NCBI GenBank assembly: GCA_012800155.1
Contig: JAAZJX010000069.1
Coordinates: 1-58,642 of the forward strand
Direction: 5' to 3'
From: Candidatus Magasanikiibacteriota bacterium
GTDB lineage: Bacteria; Patescibacteriota; Patescibacteriia; Magasanikbacterales; UBA922
DNA: 58,642 nucleotides
The notes beneath the pieces were generated by a model. That model saw nothing but the letters and a program-made list of their open reading frames with translations, was not told the DNA's origin and made no database searches. Made by a program: the position numbers and the translations under genes. Of the stretch, positions 53,882 to 58,642 are shown piece after piece (within the stretch, counting starts at the first letter, position 1; every line of letters begins with the position of its first letter).

Positions 53882-55939
53882 TTATTTTTTCACCTCCGTT
53901 TTTTCTTGTTTGCAAGAACCCAAGAACAACCAATTACCATATTCACTAAACCATGGACAAACAAAACGCAACATTGTTCTGCTAACAGTGATTGCAGTGA
54001 ACATGCTAACTAAAATACCAATTGACAAAGTAACAGCAAAACCTTTTACAAATCCAGTACCAATCCACATCAACAATACACAACTAATCAAAGTAGAAAG
54101 ATTACTATCACGAATAGAAGTCCAAGCTCTTAAAAATCCTTCTTCTACGGCTACTCGTAAAGTTTTTCCAGCTCTTAATTCTTCTTTCATGCGTTCAAAA
54201 ATCAATACATTCGCATCTACTGCCATACCGATTGACAAAATAAAACCAGCAATACCAGACAAAGTCAAAGTTACTCCAATTAATTTAAATAAAGCCAAAG
54301 TAGTAAATACATAAACTGTCAAAGCAATTACTGATAAAAATCCTGGTAAACGATAATACAACAACATAAACAACATAATAGCTAAAATACCAATTATTCC
54401 AGCTCTCAAACTTAATTGTAATGATTGAATACCTAAACTAGCGCCAACAGTTTGTTGACTAACTAACTCAATAGGTACTGGCAAAGCACCAGTATTCAAT
54501 CTTTGAGAAAGTAATTGTGCTTCTTTGATATTAAAATTACCACTGATCACAGCCCGACCATCACGGATAACATCATTGACTGTTGGTACGCTGATTGGTT
54601 CTCCATCTAAGAAAATAGCCACAGGCTGACCAACATTTCTTTCTGTAATATCTGCAAATAATTGTTTACCTTCATTATCAAAAGATAAAGAAACTTGCAC
54701 CGCTCCTGTTTGAGGATCAGATACCACTTCAGCTTTTTCTAATTGTTTTCCCGATAAATCAGTATTTTTCCAAATATCCTGAGGAGGAATAATATCAGTT
54801 TCTGTTTTAGTATTTATTAAAATTCTAGATACTTCATAAGTTTTACTTCTTCTCTCATCAACTTTATAAATTATATGAAAACCAAAAGCTGTTTCAACCG
54901 GACCAACAATTTCTCCTACTTGAGTATTATCAAAAATTGCTTTTTCAAACTCAGGTATCATAACTCCTTTTCCAAACCAACCTAATTCTCCACCATTATC
55001 TTTGCTACCAGGATCAGATGAATTTTCTTTAGCTAATTGAGCAAAATTTGTAGCATTGGCTTGATTATAAATTTCTTGAGCTTTAGCTCTAGCTTCTTCT
55101 TTGGTATAAATAGGATTTTCACAACCTTGAGAACCAAGATAACAAATCAAAATATGACTAGCCTTAACTTCAATTTCTCCTTCTTGTTCTCCACCGCGTT
55201 TTAAAATATTATAACCATCAGTTGTTTCTAATAAAGTTTTACTAATTGATCCTTCTGCATTAGTACTGGCCCAAGCATAAATTTCTGGATAAATAGTATT
55301 ATTGCTTAAATATCCCATATAACCAGCATTATTTTTACTTATCATATCTTCAGAATATTCTGCAACTACAGAAGCAAAATCTGTACCAGCTTTTACTTTT
55401 TGCAAAGCTTGATTAGCTTTAATTTTTGCTTCTTTATTATAATTATCCATTTCTTTCTTTTCTTCAGCAGTTAATTCTCGAGCTGGCTCATTATTTATTT
55501 CTTTAAATTCCAAAATTGGTGTACCACCAATCATAGCAATAGCCTCTTTGATATCTGTTACTCCAGCTAATTCTACTGAAATACGATACTCTTCACCAAT
55601 TTTATTAGTTTGAACAATTGGTTCAGAAACTCCTAAAGAATTTATTCGGCGTTCAATAACATCTCTCACACCTTCAACAGCTGTTCCTATTTCATTATTA
55701 GCAATATTTGTAGTATCAGCTTGATAAATCAATTGAGCTCCACCTTGAAGATCCAATCCTAAATTAAAATTTTTTTCTGGTAAACGAGGTAAACCAAGAT
55801 GTAAATTATCATTTATAAAATCCAAACCTTTGTTGGCATAAACTGGAAAATCAAAAAAACTCGCTACTATCATAAGTACGAATATACCTACTATCCCCCA
55901 ACGGAGTTTAGAACGAATATTGGTTTTGTTTCTTTTCAT
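53882..55939 (-). CDS. secD: SecD with parvulin insertion (mirror copy)
   Basis: Exact mirror twin of 2704..4761. Confidence 0.93.
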   Translation of the reverse strand: MKRNKTNIRSKLRWGIVGIFVLMIVASFFDFPVYANKGLDFINDNLHLGLPRLPEKNFNLGLDLQGGAQLIYQADTTNIANNEIGTAVEGVRDVIERRINSLGVSEPIVQTNKIGEEYRISVELAGVTDIKEAIAMIGGTPILEFKEINNEPARELTAEEKKEMDNYNKEAKIKANQALQKVKAGTDFASVVAEYSEDMISKNNAGYMGYLSNNTIYPEIYAWASTNAEGSISKTLLETTDGYNILKRGGEQEGEIEVKASHILICYLGSQGCENPIYTKEEARAKAQEIYNQANATNFAQLAKENSSDPGSKDNGGELGWFGKGVMIPEFEKAIFDNTQVGEIVGPVETAFGFHIIYKVDERRSKTYEVSRILINTKTETDIIPPQDIWKNTDLSGKQLEKAEVVSDPQTGAVQVSLSFDNEGKQLFADITERNVGQPVAIFLDGEPISVPTVNDVIRDGRAVISGNFNIKEAQLLSQRLNTGALPVPIELVSQQTVGASLGIQSLQLSLRAGIIGILAIMLFMLLYYRLPGFLSVIALTVYVFTTLALFKLIGVTLTLSGIAGFILSIGMAVDANVLIFERMKEELRAGKTLRVAVEEGFLRAWTSIRDSNLSTLISCVLLMWIGTGFVKGFAVTLSIGILVSMFTAITVSRTMLRFVCPWFSEYGNWLFLGSCKQEKTEVKK

Positions 55940-56010
55940 AACTAAAAATAAATTCGAACATTATTTTATAACAAACTTTAAAAAAGGTCAAGAAAAATTA
56001 ATCACAGAGC

Positions 56011-58641
56011 TTATTTTACTCTTATTACAACTTCATGCATAATATCCTCACCTTGTCTGTATGTACCATGTTCTTCTAAATCTAATTTTACACCCAAAAG
56101 ACGACTAAATTCAGATAATTTACTCTTAATCATAGAATAAGATGTTTGTTCACGCATTTGAGCATAAATTGGTAAAGGATTATTATTCGCTAAATATTCT
56201 ATTTTATATCTTTCTAAAAAAGCTATCATTAAAGCCAAGCCAGCACCCTTACCTTTTTCATTCACAGCAATATCTGTTACATAAATCATTTTTTCATTGC
56301 CCACTACACCTTCATAAGCAAAAATATAACCTTGCATTTTTTTATTTTTATCCTCATATTTAAAACTCATATTTGGTCGATCTTTTTGCTGATTGTTAAT
56401 ATCTTTAGCAATAAGACCATTTTCCATATTATGAATATGTTGTATTAAAGTTTTATTGTCAGCATAGGCTTTACCTTCTATAAAAGCTACTCGGAGAGAA
56501 TCTTCAAAAGTAAGTAAAGAAACACCCGGTTGACTAGATTGATATGAATCTCTTTGTTGACTATCATATTCAATAATTTTTTTAGATACAATTTCATCTT
56601 CAATTTTTTGAGGTGTTAAAGAATATACTGTAGAATGACTTTTATCAGTATAAGCTACAGGAGCAGCTGGAACATAAGTATTTTTTACTTCAGGTAAATT
56701 TGTCAAACTATCAGAAAAGCCTTTACCGATAACAACTTGTTCTTGTCGAAGATTATCTCTTTCACCATATCTACTTAAATACTCAAACATAAAATCTTGA
56801 TAAATCATTTCTATTTGTCTTGTAATTAACTCATTACTTCTTACATTAGGTGTTACTTCTACATTATCACAAGCTAAAATAAATTCTGACTGAGTTAAAA
56901 TATCTTCAGGAAGAATATCTTGAATAGCTGGTTTATTTGTATCTTGCATGGCTGAAAAAACTTTTTGAACATTTTCCTTTATATCTACATCTTTAGTCAA
57001 GACACTTTGAGCTATGGTACGCCAAGTATTATCTGGGCGTTGTTGTTGTAAAGTAAAAATAGTGCAATCTGGATTAAAAGTATAAATATTATTTTTACCA
57101 GAACCAAACGGCATACAACAAGAAGTATCATTACCTGCTACGACACCCTCTGGATCTGATTTAGCATTAATTTTAGCACGATATTTAATTGTCTGACCAA
57201 CTGTTTGTTGTTTTTTATTATCCATTCCCAAAAACTGTAATATTTGTTTTTGTATTTCTGGAGATAATTCCTGTTCTTCTTCATTTCGTATATATTCTTT
57301 AAAATCTATATCATTTTCTTTTAGTAATTCTCCAATTAAACGAATTAAATCTCCTGGTTTTTTTCTACTTCCAGGAATCCGCTTGTTTTGTTTTAAATCA
57401 AAATAACCTAATTGCTCTCTTAATATAGTTCTAATTGTTTTTTCTGGCTCTTGTTCTCTTCTTTTTTCAAAAGGAAGTTCATATTCAATTTCAAATGGTT
57501 GAAAAACTTGTAATTCATCCAAACTACCTTCCACCAAAGCATCTCGTAAATTCTCTGCATTTAAATCTAAATAAGGTATTTCCACATAATTAGAAGGTTT
57601 TTTGTTTTCATGCGCACTCTGTGAATGTCCATCATCAATTTCTAAAAATTTAGCTGGACTACGCCAAAATTCTAAAACAGCTTGCATGCTAATATTTGGA
57701 TGAAAAGCCAAAGTTTCTATGTATTTATATAATTCTGCTTTTCCCTCTTGTTTAAGTTTTTGTAAATCCTTTAAAATTTCAATTTTCTTTAATAATTGAC
57801 AAAGTTCATAATATTTATATAAGTTTTTCCACGAAGCAAAAATTTGTTCTTGTGAAGACAAATCTTGAGCTAATTGTTGCAATTTATCTACATCAGCATA
57901 TTTTTTTACTTGAGCTAAAATTTCTTCAATATTAGAATTAAAATTCACAGCCACATGATTAAATTCATGATGAGCTGTACCAGAATCATATCTAGCGCCA
58001 TCTTTATTAACTTGAAAAAGAATATTACCAAAAAATTCTTTTTCTGAAAGATTACTAGATTCATACATCGCAATCACATAACCAAGTTGGTGTAAAGCAT
58101 CATGACGAGAAAGATCTTGACGCTGACAATAAGTAAACATTTTATCATAACCAAATATCTCAGCTCCACGCTGAAATGGCATAGAAACATTTTGTTCATC
58201 CTGCCATTCAGGAAGTTCATCATTATTTATAATACTTTCATAAATACTTTTACCAGCATCTTTTGTAAAAATATCAATACCATTTTGTTTAGCTACATGA
58301 GCTTCTGGGTAAGTTATTTTTACTCTTTGATCAATTTTATTTAAATCTTCTCTATTAAAAAAACATTCATAATTATGTTCAATAAGCCAACTTAAATAAG
58401 ATAAATTATTTTGATTTTCTCTTAATAATTCTTCCCATGTTTTTATATTTAATTTTTCTACAAAAGAATTTATTGAAAAATTAATATGATCTATTTCTGG
58501 AGGTAAAATACCTAAGTCTAAGATTTCTTTAGCTTCGTTTATCCAACTATTTTTTAAACTTTCTCTCAAACCTTCTTTAGCAATTTCTTTAACTTCTTCA
58601 GACTGAATAAAATCTGAAGGTAAAATACCTAAGTCTAAGAT
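56011..58641 (-). CDS. Large HExxH/GNAT multidomain protein, 5'-partial at window edge (mirror copy)
   Basis: Exact mirror twin of 2..2632. The frame stays open to the right-hand window edge. Confidence 0.7.
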   Translation of the reverse strand: MLDLGILPSDFIQSEEVKEIAKEGLRESLKNSWINEAKEILDLGILPPEIDHINFSINSFVEKLNIKTWEELLRENQNNLSYLSWLIEHNYECFFNREDLNKIDQRVKITYPEAHVAKQNGIDIFTKDAGKSIYESIINNDELPEWQDEQNVSMPFQRGAEIFGYDKMFTYCQRQDLSRHDALHQLGYVIAMYESSNLSEKEFFGNILFQVNKDGARYDSGTAHHEFNHVAVNFNSNIEEILAQVKKYADVDKLQQLAQDLSSQEQIFASWKNLYKYYELCQLLKKIEILKDLQKLKQEGKAELYKYIETLAFHPNISMQAVLEFWRSPAKFLEIDDGHSQSAHENKKPSNYVEIPYLDLNAENLRDALVEGSLDELQVFQPFEIEYELPFEKRREQEPEKTIRTILREQLGYFDLKQNKRIPGSRKKPGDLIRLIGELLKENDIDFKEYIRNEEEQELSPEIQKQILQFLGMDNKKQQTVGQTIKYRAKINAKSDPEGVVAGNDTSCCMPFGSGKNNIYTFNPDCTIFTLQQQRPDNTWRTIAQSVLTKDVDIKENVQKVFSAMQDTNKPAIQDILPEDILTQSEFILACDNVEVTPNVRSNELITRQIEMIYQDFMFEYLSRYGERDNLRQEQVVIGKGFSDSLTNLPEVKNTYVPAAPVAYTDKSHSTVYSLTPQKIEDEIVSKKIIEYDSQQRDSYQSSQPGVSLLTFEDSLRVAFIEGKAYADNKTLIQHIHNMENGLIAKDINNQQKDRPNMSFKYEDKNKKMQGYIFAYEGVVGNEKMIYVTDIAVNEKGKGAGLALMIAFLERYKIEYLANNNPLPIYAQMREQTSYSMIKSKLSEFSRLLGVKLDLEEHGTYRQGEDIMHEVVIRVK

Positions 58642-58642
58642 T

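Overview
The dominant feature is structural. The whole 58,642-bp window is one perfect palindrome: position x is the reverse complement of position 58643-x, and the axis lies between 29321 and 29322 with no spacer. Only about 29.3 kb is unique sequence (arm A, 1..29321). Arm B (29322..58642) repeats it in inverted orientation, including intergenic DNA, and every ORF has an identical twin.

The unique arm is ordinary housekeeping sequence from a low-GC bacterium using the standard code (TGA is used as a stop, e.g. rsmI). In order it contains:
- a 5'-partial large protein with an HExxH motif and a C-terminal GNAT-like domain
- secD (with a parvulin PPIase insertion) and secF
- a 53-aa membrane peptide plus a 484-aa membrane protein of unknown function
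- dnaG and rpoD
- a Mn-type superoxide dismutase, divergent from a thioredoxin-fold/DsbD-like membrane fusion
- a DEDD exonuclease
- an Rrf2-nifS-nifU-ferredoxin Fe-S operon
- a 61-aa orphan ORF
- rsmI, metG, cvpA and tatD
- a complete F1Fo ATP synthase operon (atpZ-like, B, E, F, H, A, G, D, C)
- a CPA2 cation:proton antiporter
- a 43-aa Cys-rich zinc-ribbon-like ORF, absent from the ORF track, whose terminator hairpin carries the palindrome axis

I found no tRNA, rRNA, CRISPR array, transposase, integrase or phage genes. Gene content and style (tiny intergenic regions, a Lys-rich sigma-factor tail, orphan membrane proteins) suggest a reduced Patescibacteria/CPR-like genome, but this is inference only.

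The most parsimonious reading of the palindrome is a fold-back artefact: a missed-adapter long read, an MDA inverted chimera, or read-through of a hairpin. A genuine hairpin-ended replicon or palindromic amplification cannot be excluded from sequence alone. Promoters and terminators are listed for arm A only; each has an exact mirror at 58643-x.
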